A DNA stretch of 64,000 nt from Podarcis cretensis (lineage: Eukaryota): contig OX638152.1 in assembly GCA_951804945.1 (NCBI GenBank), positions 97,588,001 through 97,652,000 on the forward strand. Reading direction: 5' to 3'. The notes beneath the pieces are model-generated. The model did no database searches. It was not told the DNA's origin and saw only the letters and a program-made list of their open reading frames with translations. Of this stretch, positions 24,901 through 38,284 are shown in pieces. The stretch's first letter is position 1, and each line of letters begins with the position of its first letter. A program made the translations under genes and the position numbers.

Positions 24901-26452
24901 GGCTATTTACTTTTACAGGCAAAACAAAACAATAAGTAGCCTAATAGTGCTTGAAAACTGCCCTTTACCTTGTAAGCTTATGGCTGGTTAGAGTCACTGC
25001 CTGGCAAACCAGCAGGGGAGAAGGTCTAAATTGGAAGAGACATTTGTGGTAACTAGACGGCTTGGGGGAAAAACAAGGAGCAGTGATGCAGGGCCGATAT
25101 TTTATTTCTTGGTGGAAAAACATTCCGTTTCATAAATTCATTAGTCAAAAACAATGGGTGCCAACTGCAAATACATATTAGGAAAGGCTAAGTTTTTAAG
25201 CTTAAAAACTTTAAAAAAAACTTAAAAACTTTTGTTGTTGTTTAGTCGTTTAGTCGTGTCCGACTCTTCGTGACCCCATGGACCAGAGCACGCCAGGCAC
25301 TCCTGTCTTCCACTGCCTCCCGCAGTTTGGTCAAACTCATGTGGATAGTGTTCTTGAAGCTACCAGCATGAGTTTGACCAAACTGCAGGAGACAGCGGAA
25401 GACAGAAGTGCATGGCGTGCTCTGGTCCAGGGGGTCACGAAGAGTCGGGCACGACTAAACAACAACAAAACTTTTTAAGCTTTGTTTAGTAAATATAAGT
25501 AAAACAGAAGTCTGAATTGGGTCATTCTCTAGGGCGCAGAGGTGGGGGACCGGCCCACCTTCCATGGGGCAAAAATATTTGGGCTTGAAATGCAAGGCCA
25601 GTGGAGGGGGTGGCCTGGAGAGAGGGCTCCCTTTGGCCCCTGGGCCTCAGGTTCCACACCACTAATGTAAGAGGATCTTTAGTTAGCTGAATTGGTTAGA
25701 GCGTGGTGCTGATAACGCCACGGTTGTGGGTTCAAGCCTCCTGCATATTCCTGCATTGCTGGGCGTTGCACTAGATGACTCTCAAGAACCTTTCCATCAA
25801 TTCTAAAATCCTACTTGCTTTTATGAGGGTAAACAGAATAACTCATTGCCAATTGAAATGAAACCTACTTAGGGGAAGTAAGCATGTAAAGCAGAAAAAA
25901 AACCTGAAAGCCCTTGTTTATCCCAGTTGATAAAGGTAAAGGTACCCCTGCCCGTACGGGCCAGTCTTGACAGACTCTGGGGTTGTGCGCCCATCTCACT
26001 TAAGAGGCCAGGGGCCAGCGCTGTCCGGAGACACTTCCGGGTCACGTGGCCAGCGTGACATCGCTGCTCTGGCCAGAGCCAGAGCCAGAGCCGCACACGG
26101 AAACGCCGTTTACCTTCCCGCTGGTAAGCGGTCCCTATTTATCTACTTGCACCCGGACGTGCTTTCGAACTGCTAGGTTGGCAGGCGCTGGGACCGAGCA
26201 GCGGGAGCGCACCCCGCCGCAGGGATTCGAACCGCCGACCTTTCGATCGGCAAGTCCTAGGCGCTGAGGCTTTAACCCACAGCGCCACCTGCGTCCCCTA
26301 TCCCAGTTGATACATGTCTCTTAAACAATGACATTTTAAATCTGTCATCCTTTGCCGTTAGCCTGCCTGTGCAGCATGTGTAAACAGCTCCTTGTACATT
26401 TTCCATTTATTTCCTCTTTTACATAGCAATTCCACACACACACACACACACA

Positions 26453-26504
<52 letters not shown>

Positions 26505-29500
26505 TCTCCTCCGAGAGATGTGGAAACAGAGCGGTTCTTTTGACTTCTAATTTTCCTGTTGCTCTTAATGCAACTTTTTATTAGCTGATCCCTCTTCCAG
26601 GAAAGAGCTCTGACAGGACAGGAAATCTGTACATGATAGGCCGAGAAAAGAAGCCAGTTTTGATTGGAACCCAGGCTTGAAAATGTAGTAACAGTGCCAG
26701 TAAACTATTCAGATTCTTTTTGCGGTTTTATTCGCGAGAGGTCATGGCAATTCCAGGGGCAAAGGATGTTTGGCATAGTTTCTAATTAGCATACAATGGG
26801 TTTGCTTTCGGTTTTTTTCCGCCCATGAGGAGGAGGCTCAGTTTCATCTCGTCTCTTGTTAACTTGCTGGGATTACTCTGACATTCACTGACTAGCTATA
26901 GGGTGTAAAAGGGGCAACCCCATTCCTGACTGTGGCTGACTTCTTCCAGGAATGCTCTTCTGGGGAATCTCCTTCTACAACGCCCCCCGCTTCTCCCATA
27001 TCCTCAGCTTGGCAGCCATTCCCCGAAGAGGATTCCGATTCTCCCCAGTTCAGGAGACGAGCTCATACCTTTAGCCACCCACCATCCAGCGCCAAAAAGA
27101 GGATTACTTTCCAAGACGGAAGGTCTCAAAGTGTCAAGTCTCCTCTCCTGAGACAGAACTCTGTGGAGCATAGCAGGTGAGTTTTGAGCCAAGCAACTGC
27201 ACAGGAATCTTGTAGGCTTGTCTGGATATCTTTTATTTCCCCATTATCTTTTTTTGATGGAACAAGGATAAGAATATTGGAGTAGTTGCCCGGGTTTTTC
27301 ATTCTATCTCAGGCAACCGGAGAGTAACAGTTTACAGCATATATCTTCAGTATATTTTACTCAGCAGTAAGTTCTAGTGAGTGGTGAGACTTCTTCCTGT
27401 TGAGGGCTTTGCATCCTACAAATAGAGATTGAGTTGTTGTTGCTGTTGTTAATAAAAACACTTTCATTTGACAGCTGTAAAGTATCTGAAGCAATTAGGT
27501 GCTTGTAATGATGGTGTTCTACATTATATAAATCAAAAAGCAGCTATAGCCAGCCAATACAAATATGGGTATATAAAGATCTGCTCTTTGGACATGGCTC
27601 ACTCTTCTGCACAAACCTCTTGAAATGAACGGAAGATGCACAAAAGCGATTGGACCCACTGATTCGTGGACTTTATTTATGTAGATCTTTAAGGCCTTTC
27701 GTGCTTTGTATAAAGTAAAGTAACAGTTTTGTTTAAAAGATCTGCCTTGTTTTTTCCAGAGTGGTTCAATTCTTGTGCTTTGGTGCAGTACAGATCCCTT
27801 TCTCTTTCCACCATTCAGGGATTTACAATACAATGGTTTATTTCAGACTAACATTTTTAGGGTGCTTTTCTTTCCCAAAATAACTCTCAAAGCACCGTAG
27901 AAAAAATATACTTTGAATTATCTTGGATAAAAATATTATTATGTAAGAAGAAGCAAACACTGAACAATGAGGATTTTAAGCAATGCAAAAGCAAAGTCAG
28001 CAACAGAACTGTTCTGGCACCTCTCAGCCAGGAGAGGGGAGCAGAGACATAGCTCACCTAATCTCAAAAGGACATAGAATAAGTGTAGTCTTTTGATACT
28101 GGAGGAAGAGGAATTTCCAACAACTGCACTTCTAAAAATGGTGGGACAAAGGGAGGATAATATGGGAGCAGGTGGTTCTTTAACTTCATTCCCAACCTGT
28201 TTAGGGAGTTATAATTTATTACCAGAACTTTTGGATCAGGCTTCAAAACAAGCTGGAAGTATCAAATAATTTCTGAGTGACATGTTCGCAAAAAAGGCAC
28301 CCCCTTTTATTCTCTCTGGCCACTGCCTTCTTCAATGGCTGCAGCTTTTGAACACTTGGCCAAAGCAGTCCACACACAGTGCATTGCTGCCGTTGAACAT
28401 GGATGTGGCCAAGGCATGTAAGACAACAGCCAGAGCCTCAGTACATTTTGACTAGAAGGCAGTGTCACCATCCAGATATTGAATAATTCCTATGCAACAG
28501 CTGCAGTGTTTAAGATGTGGTCCAGTACTTCGAAGTAAGTCTCATTGAACATGGAAAGGATTGCACCTTAAGAATCCTTAAATGCCTTCAAAACTAGTAA
28601 CACAATAAGTTCAGTTAATTTAGGCGGTTTTGTTCGTAATCCTAAGCAGAACTTCTCCTTGAAACTGCAGAACACCGTACCTTCATAGAACAATGTGCAG
28701 AGGTGAATTGCGGTCTTCATGAGCCTCCATTGCAGACAGTGGCCATGCAATTTCAAGGAATCACAATACACTATGTTCTGACACCCACTCTGTCAGGCCT
28801 GCTGAGGAGATACATGGTGGTGCCATTTTAACTCTTAGGAGGGTAGGATGAAGGCTTGGATTCCAAATACTCCCATAACCCCCCCTGAACCATGCAGCCT
28901 TAATACCAAGTCACTTTTTAAATTAATTGAGATGAGAAGATTAATGCAAAGAATGAGCTGGGTTCAGGACACCCCTAGCTGAGATTTTCCCCCTAACATC
29001 TAGGGTAGAGAAAGCAAGCATTTTCCAAGTGTTTAATGCACCAAGCCTTTTTGTACTGTATTTCTCTGTTGAAATGACTGAGACAACCATTTATTCATTT
29101 ATTTCTAATTGTACAGTCAGCCCCACAGCCAGACCAGTTGTAACAGCAGCCCTTGCAGTTGAGATCCTTTTTTCTAGAGATAGGTAATCCATTTTTCCCA
29201 GTTAGTGCTAATTAACACGATCGCCAAGTTGAGCTTCCCTTTATCCAGTGTTTGTGACCGGATCCACAATGGATTGCAGAGTGATTGAAGCCAGTCAAGT
29301 TGTTTCATCCCTAAAAGACTGGTATCAATCTTGCCCTGTTAAGCAGGTTGCTGCAGTTCTGTGTAGTAACCACTTTCCAAACTTTCCAATGAATTCCCTC
29401 TAGTAGTAAGTCTGGTTGCCGGCAGGAGTATCTGTTGCTAATCCTCCTTTCTGTGTCCATGGTTAGTTGACACCTCTCAACACCCTCTTCTGGCAGTTTG

Positions 29501-32500
29501 TAGCTTGTCAGCAAAGTGACCTTGTCTTTTGCCGATAAATTTCGTGTTAGGCTGCTCCCCCCACCCTCAGACCCTAATCATTACGATGCTGCGGTGAAAC
29601 AGGAAACTTGAACAATAATTGTGTTAGACTTGCTGACAACATTTCTTTGCCCACTGCTGCAGAGCTGTTGTCTTTTTTCTTGCTCAGCAAGTTTTCTAGT
29701 CAAAACAGCAACTCTTCAACAGTTTGATCGTAAGTTGCTTTTGTGCATGTGTGTAGACTCAAAAACGATCGCCCCAGAAATATTTGATGGCGGAGGCTTG
29801 TAATGATTCACCTTCTAACAGCCTGAAATAATTCTGAGGATACTTAAGTTTTTCCACCAACTCTAGAACACGTTTATTTTGATCGACTCCATCATTTTGG
29901 AGTCTATCACTGTAAAATAACTGCATGCTTTTGTATCTCCCCCCCCCCCCCGGTAGCATCTTTCTGCCCACTCCAAATAATCTTCTGGTGAAATGTTGTG
30001 TTTTTTCTTGTTGAAAGCAAGCCTGTACCTGAAACAAGATGCCAGTGTAGCACTTTGCAGGTACATTGCAGAAGGGGAAATCGTAAGTCAATATGAGTTG
30101 ATAGAAGCCTGATCATAAGCAAATTAGTAACTGTGAATCTATTATCGTATTGGCCCGAATATAAGCTACACCCGAATATAAGCCACACCTTTAAAATTCA
30201 AGGCGGGGGGGGGGACAATACCCGAATATAAGCCGCTCCCTTAAAATTCTGCAGACACTCCTGGGAGAAGAACTGGTGGAGGAGGATTGGAAGAAATTCA
30301 AGGACTATCTACAAAAATATTGCAAATTGTATGAATGTTAAGAAAGATGTAAGATTAGCAAAAACATGGCTCCAACAAACTAGTTATAAAGAACATAAAT
30401 TTAAATTTAATTGGAAGATGAAAAGATAAATTGTGGATAAGTAATATTTTATGATTAAGCTTCAATAAGAGTATGTTAAATCCCAAAATTTGAGATATTA
30501 AATATTGGAAATTTATATTATATGAATCAAACTAAGTTAATAATTTGCTGGTAAAATTTATGAGTTTAGAAAGCAGGAACAAGGGTCGTGAGGAAGTCCA
30601 AAGATGAATGTGAAATGTGGATACTGGAAAAGACTGTGTTACTATCTATGTATTGTATTGTTAAACTAAAATTTAATAAATATTATAAAAAATAAATAAA
30701 TCTGCAGACACACCCGTAAATGACAAATGTAGAAGAAAATCTGTGGCACCATAAATGCAAATAAAAAATCAATACTGCACTGTAAAATACGGGGAAAGCG
30801 ACGAATGACATTAGAATTAATTGCACAACAGTCTCAAACTCGCAAATCAGCAATAAAACATTTTTTTTTGTTCCATTTTACCATATGTCTGTTTCAGCAG
30901 CGATATGGTAAAAGCCGGGTTTTGTAAGGTTGTGAATTTAAGCCGCACTTTAACTTTTCACAGTTGGAATTTGGGGGGTGGGGAAGTGCAGCTTATATTC
31001 AGGCCAATACGGTAAGTTTGAATAAGAGAAAATAAAAAACGGGCAGTTGTGCTAGGGACATAGGGAGCCCCTTTATGCTGCCTTAGCCTAGAGATGCTGA
31101 TTGTTAGACCTGCAACCTTTTGCATGCAGGGCAGGCGACCTAAAACTGAGAAACTTTCCCTTTCCTGTTTTGTGTTAATAGTTGAGATGCTGTAGGCTGA
31201 AGTACTGGATAAGCAGTTGCCACCACAAATGGCAGACCTGCATCCAGCAGCTCCCACGCCCCCTTGTAACACGTAGCAGAACTTCCTTCTTCTCCGAATG
31301 TTCTAATGTCAGGCAATGGGTAAATTCTATGTGATATTATAGGAGGAGAAGGATGAGTTAAGGTGTGGTGCTGGTGTTTTTTATCAGGATCTTGTCTTCA
31401 GTGCCACCTAACCTTCCTGTTGGAATTACTGCTTGCGTGGTTTTTCTTAGTTCCCAGTAGGTCACAAGACTTGCAACTTCTTAAGTTTTAATGAAAGCTG
31501 AACCTTTAGGGTCTAGTACAGTGGTAAGGTAAAGGTAAAGGGACCCCTGACCATTAGGTCCAGTCGTGGACGACTCTGGGGTTGTGGTGCTCATCTCGCT
31601 TTACTGGCCGAGGGAGCCGGCGTACAGCTTCCGGGTCATGTGGCCAGCATGACTAAGCCGCTTCTGGCGAACCAGAGCAGCGCACGGAAATGCCATTTAC
31701 CTTCCCAATGGAGCGGTACCTCTTTATCTACTTGCACTTTGACGTGCTTTTGAACTGCTAGGTTGGCAGGAGCAGGGACCGAACAACGGGAGCTCACCCA
31801 GTCGCGGGCATTCGAACCGCCGACCTTCTGATTAGCAAGTCCTAGGCTCTGTGGTTTAACCCACAGCGCCACCCACGTCCCTACAGTGGTACCTTAATTC
31901 GTTCCGGAGGTCTGTTCTTAACCTGAAACTCTTCTTAACCTGAAGCACCACTTTAGCTCATGAGGCCTCCTGCTGCTGCTATGCCGCCAGAGCATGATTT
32001 CTGTTCTCATCCTGAAGCAAAGTTCTTAACCTGAGGTACTATTTCTGGGTTAGCGGAGTCTGTAACCTGAAGCGTCTGTAACCTGAAGCGTATGTAACCC
32101 GAGGTACCACTGTATATCCCTGAAAGGGGAAGGAGGGGGTAGTTTACCTTGACTAGATGTGCAGGTTGAGGGAATGTGAAGCCAAGTACATGACTCAGTT
32201 TTTTGGTTTCTTTAAATGACCCCCAACTCAACTTCAGCAAAATTTCGTGGTGCATTAAACTTAAAGTGCATCAAATTTTCACACTGTTACAGTAATAATG
32301 GCAATTACAATTCAGGTCTTGACTGAACCTCTTACATGGTGAGTATGGAGTGTGGGAACGCTTTAAAATGTTGTACTGAAACTCATTTGCTACGCTTTTT
32401 CTTATCGCCTGCTGTCAGGCTTACAATTGCCCGACGCACTCGCAGTGAGAGTGAATCATCTGCGCCGTCGAGCCTCCCTTCTTCCTTCTCTGCCCCATCT

Positions 32501-35500
32501 TTCCTGAAAAGCTTTTACCAGAGCTCAGGAAAACCATCTCCTCAGTCTGAAAATGAGCTCCCCCAGAGGTGAGAACACTGGTTTTTTGCCTGGCCTGCAA
32601 TTTTGCACTTCCTATGCAGCCGGCTTGCGATAAGGAATTTTTGCCACTTGCTTCTAAGTGAGATACTTCACTTGTTTCGTGGAAAACCTGTGAACAGAGC
32701 GTTCTTTGGAAATGCCTGCTGAGGGTTACAGCACAGAGATCTTGCATAACTACTACACTGTTTTCTGACTAATGCCAAAATAATGTGGAAAAAAAAAGAT
32801 CAACATTGCCAAATCCAGTAAGTGAAAAATCATAAGGTTTCTAAATATACTGATTGTTGTTTTTCCCCAGATGGGATTTTTTTTATAAAAAAACCTGCAT
32901 AAATCTGTATATGACTTTAAATTATTCCTCTGGACAATCTCTGCATGTCTCCCTAGTGTAGTCTAGTACAAGACTTGGATGTGGAAACACTTTTATTGCT
33001 CGAATAAAACAGATTTTCTGTCATCCTCAGCACCCCATCCATAGAAATGGGAACAATCTTGTTCTACAACACAGAATGGTTGTAAAGTTCGTTTGAGGAG
33101 ATGATAACAAGCAGGGCATTTCACACTACACACTTTGAAGTGTCTCAGATTTTAAAAAATAAACGACCTTTATTGCTGAGTTAGCAATGTAAAGAAAATA
33201 ACCCAGGAACTTTAAAAAAAGGAGAGAGAAAAATGGCAATGTTGATGATATTAGTTGGTATTATACTAATTAGCTGCTTAATTGTGTGCTGTATGGCAGG
33301 GGCAATGTGAAGGCTGCCCGTGTGTGACTAACATTGGCATGCTTTTGTTGTTTTTAATGCTTTAAATGAGGAATATAATTTGCACTGGGCTGCTAGTGCC
33401 TGCTATCAGGGAGGCTTGTTATAGGCTGTGTGAACTGACCTCCCTTTGGCCAACCTGGATATTTGCATTTTGAAAGCACCCAGTCACTGGTACGATTCAA
33501 CTGCTGCAGCTATGTTTAGATTCCAGTACACAAAGACACATACTATACAGCAAGTGTGAATTTCCCTCCACTTTCTGAGCATGGTGATGAAGGTTTTGTG
33601 AAGCCCCAGTGCATGAGGAAAGCATCAAAAAGTAACAGTGGTACATCTCTTTGGTGATGCCCTTGAATGGCTTCACAATTGTGATTTTGCACCACTTTTG
33701 CTGCTTGCGAAAGTGTAGGCAGTCTGCGGACCCTGATGTGGAGGATATTGTGCTCCGGCCTACTTCTAATGTCTCTGTTTGGATTTTATTTTCACTGAAC
33801 CAAAGCAATGTTCTATTTAACTGGAGGTCTACAGGCCCAGCAGAGTGTCCACTGGCCCCAGCCTGTGGCCTTCTGTCTCAGGTACCGTTCTTTGCCAAAC
33901 TGGCTTGTGAGTATGCAAGAAACTTTGGACCTGGACCCAAAGAATCGAGGAGGCTGGTGGTGCACACTGATTCACACGGAATTAATTGGCTTAGCAGGAT
34001 TTTCAGCGAAGAACAGCGATAACTGTAGTTGAGAAATATCACGGGGATGTGTCTTTCCTGCTAAACCCAAATGTCACCCTGCAAACCATCTTATTAGAGT
34101 GACAGTGTTTGTCTGATGCAACCAAAAATTATTATTTAACCATATTATAACTTAAAATGTGATTAAATCTGGAGTACATCTAGCCAGCATCTCTTTCACG
34201 CCAAGCTCATTTGCTTTCAAACTATCTCAAGATTTTTCAGCTGTGGCGACTTCAATAACAAACTGTTGCTCGTATCTCTTTACTTTGCAAGTTTAAAACC
34301 GCAATGAGCTTTGAAAACAATAAGTGGGTGTTAGCATTCTGGTTGATACAGATTTTAATAGGAGCAGGAGTGTTGTTCCTGATTTTAAGCAGTTAAAGCA
34401 CTGTCGATGGCTGAAGGAGGCAGCAGAACTATGAAAACTACCTTTCTAATGGAAGTGCTTAAATGCCACAGGCAAAAGAAAAGCATTCTTTTCTGTGTGA
34501 GGAATGCCTTTTATAAGATAACACATATCGTGCATGTGTCTTTCTTTAAAATTTACTGTAGGCAACTACAGCGGTGCCTCGCAAGACGAAATTAATCCGT
34601 TCCACGAGTCTCTTCGTCTAGCGGTTTTTTCGTCTTGCGAAGCAAGCCCATTGACAGCTTAGCGGATTAGCGCTATTAGCGGCTTTTAGCGGCTTTTAGC
34701 GGCTTTTAGCAGCTTATCGGCTTAGCGGATCAGCTGATAAGCGGCTTAGCGGCTTAGAAAAAGGGGGGAAGGAAAAAAAACCCTCAGGAACTCGCAAGAC
34801 ATTTTCGTCTTGCGAAGCAAGCCCATAGGGAAATTCGTTTTGCGAAGCGCCTCCAAAACGGAAAACCCTTTCGTCTAGCGGGTTTTCCGTCTTGCGAGGC
34901 GTTCGTCTTGCGGGGCACCACTGTATATGCAGATTTAATTGATCAACTGTATCTGCTAAATTAGTGGACTAAGGCTTCTTTAATCTGGCTATAGCCCTAC
35001 TTTTAATAGGTTCTCTTTTTATCTGTGTTATCCTATAACTATCAGCTAAAATCCGCCTACCTGACGGAGGAAACCTTTTACCGTTCTCAGCCTGATCTTT
35101 GCCTCTTTTTACTAAATATTTCTGTGGGGAGGAACATCTTGGCCTCATCTTCCTAGCTTAGTCGGCAGAGCACGAGACTCTTACTCTAGGGTCATGGGTT
35201 CGAGTGCCAAGTTGAGCAAAAAATTCTTGCATTGCAGGGGGTTAGACTAGATAACTCTTGTGGTCTCTTCCAGCTCCACATTTCTGTTATTCTATGGCCT
35301 CTTATTGCTCCTAGCATGCATAACAGGTTATCACTGTTAGTGGCTGACTTTTTAAAAAAATTAATATAAATTTTATTAGTATTTTCCACACAACAACAAC
35401 ACGAAAGATATCGAAAAATAACAATACACAAAACACAAAAACCGTTAGTGACAGACTTAAGTCATGAGCACTCCAATTCATTGACTGGCCATCTTATTTA

Positions 35501-35567
35501 CAAGTTACATATGTAATTGTAAAGCTGTTGAGTTTCTTAATATTTCAGACATTTCATCAGTAGCAAA

Positions 35568-35600
<33 letters not shown>

Positions 35601-35605
35601 GTATG

Positions 35606-35649
<44 letters not shown>

Positions 35650-38252
35650 ATCTAGGGCTTAGGTTTTTCTTCTTGCACTTTTAGGGCAACCAGGAAAATT
35701 GGATGTGTGGTCTTGTGTAATTCAGAGTAATACAGAGAGAGATAAGCAACATCATAGTCAACCCAGGATTAAAACTGATAGGAATCTTTCAGCCTTAGGA
35801 CACATTAGTGAAAGGTGTAAGCATCTGAGCCGCTCTTTTCTATTCATGGGGTGGGTGTGTTTTCATTTTCAGCTAACATCAGTGAGTACATACACAGGCT
35901 GAGGCGTGAATTTCCCTTTTAGTTTTCTGCTTTCCTTCAAAGGAAAGGAGAAGTTGAACTGAAAGCAAAGCTGGGAGACAATGCAGATTTTTCATATGCT
36001 GCAGCCCTAAAGATTTACTTTTGGGTGAGTTACGGCTTGCGGGTTAAAATTCAAAAACGCTCCATTTGTGAACAAAATAAGGGAAATTATCTTTGAAAGA
36101 CGGTTGTGGAACTGTGCTACCAAGAAATCTAGGGCTTGTTGCTCTTGTCACTTAGGAAATCCCCTGCATTTATTTGGAGAAGCTCAATGCTTATGCTGAT
36201 GAAGGAATAGAAAAGGGCTTTTGTAATTACAGTGTGGTTTTGGAACCAGATCGTTCTAAAAGAACCTCTTTTTCCTGTCAACATTTGCAAAAGTAGAGGC
36301 AAACTTCACAGGATCTCACAGCTGGCTAATAGGAGACTGGGTTCATGGCCAACCAGGTAGTTTTAAGTGTTTTGCTAATTTCTTTCTGATGTTTCACAAC
36401 TTAGCAGCAGCTTAAGAGTGAAAATACAAAGTGAGAAACTGAACTTTGGTTTTCTTTGCAGTTTTGATTTGGTTCCTTTTATCCTGCTTTGTCTCTCAGA
36501 AGGTGCATTAAAACTTAGCTTTAGTATGGGTTAATGGAAGCCCTTTTTATTTGTGTGGGAACTGTGGTGTGTGCTTGTGAGAGCAATCTCTAAAAGGACT
36601 CGGTGGGAGCTTCAATGTAGGGGCTTTTTAAATTAAAATGTAGGGAAACAATAAGCACATTTCTCTTTCAGAAGGCAGTCTTACTTGCATTTGTTGTTTA
36701 GTCATTTAGTCGTGTCCGACTCTTCATGACCACCTGGACCAGAGCACGCCAGGCACTCCTGTCTTCCACTGCCTCCCGCAGTTTGGTCAGACTCATGTTT
36801 GTAGCTTCGAGAACACTGTCCAACCATCTAATCCTCTGTCATCCCCTTCTCCTTCTGCCCTCCATCTTTCCCAACATCAAGGTCTTTTCCAGGGAGTCTT
36901 CTCTTCTCATGAGGTGTCCAAAGTATTGGAGCCTCAGCTTCACGACCTGTCCTTCCAGTGAGCACTCAGGGCTGAATTCCTTCAGAATGGATAGGTTTGA
37001 TCTTCTTGCGGTCCATGGGACTCTCAAGAGTCTCCTCCAGCACCAGAATTCAAAAGCATCAATTCTTCGGCGATCAGCCTTCTTGATGGTCCAGCTCTCA
37101 TATATTTGCTTCACTCTAAAGCTGCTGTTACACTTTACAAGCAAAAGTTAGTAGTACTACTCCCCCCCCCCCAGAAACTGATCTTGCTAAGCTCTAGGGG
37201 ATTTTGCCATTTCTTGTTGAAACCATTTTTTTTAAAAACCTAGCGAAGACTTGCATTTGCTACCTGCTCAGAAAACTAGGTTACTTGGGATCAGAAAAAT
37301 TAAAGGGCTACGGGAAGACATATTGCACAGGATTCATTGATCTGAGCTCAGTTTTTGCACAACTAAAGTAGGGAGCATCTATGGCTATCCCGTTTAGAAT
37401 TTAACATTTTAGTGATGAGTGTGGGGGCCACAAAAGAAGTCGAAATAGTTCTTTCTTGGTGCATTATTTATATAAAAGGTATCTCACGCCCACTTGCTAT
37501 GTATTTAAAATATTTCAGATTGTCAAATAAGGGCATTCTACATACTTTTGATTCGTCACAATAATGCAATGCATTTTGAGAGAGTTTAGAGGGTTTTCTC
37601 CGAAAATCCATGTGTTTCTCCTTTTTATGGCTCTAGTTTCTTCCTCTTTTGTAGTTCAGTCTTTGTAATTCTGTGTTTGACTATATTCACTCTTCATTAG
37701 TCTAGAATACATCAGTCTGATTTTTAACTCTATCACAGCAGCCAAACTCTTTTAATTATATCTGCATTGCTTTTATGTACTGATCTTGTACTGTTAGCTT
37801 TAACTATTAAGTAGAATATTAATGTAATGTTACATTAGTGGAGGTTAAAAAAATAGTTGCACATTCTGTTTAGCTTAGAAATGTGGCACATTAAAGATCC
37901 TTTTTGAGGTGCTGGCAGAAAATACTCTTTGGTTCTTAGCTAATGCTTACATAAGAGAGCAAAGGTCTTTAGACATCTTTCTTTCTTTCGTTTAATATGA
38001 TGGGACTTGCTTTTATTCAGTTTCATTCTTTGTCATGGTGTTTTACTACTTGTTATGCTGTACAAAATCATCTCCTGAAACTCTTTCTTGTCTACGAATT
38101 TCAGGTTCTAGAATATTTCAGTCATGATTCTTTAAAGCACACACAAAGGCCCAGGAATTAAGAATTTAACAATTGGCGGCTGTTCTGGTCAACTTCACGA
38201 TGAAGAAAAACTGCTTTCTAACCCATTCACTGGACTTATAATGTATCTATTT

Positions 38253-38284
<32 letters not shown>

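Noticed and set aside
25681-25740. tRNA-Ile and (at 35152) tRNA-Lys genes
   Set aside because: Acceptor stems are broken and the sequence continues into a LINE-like tail, so these are SINE heads
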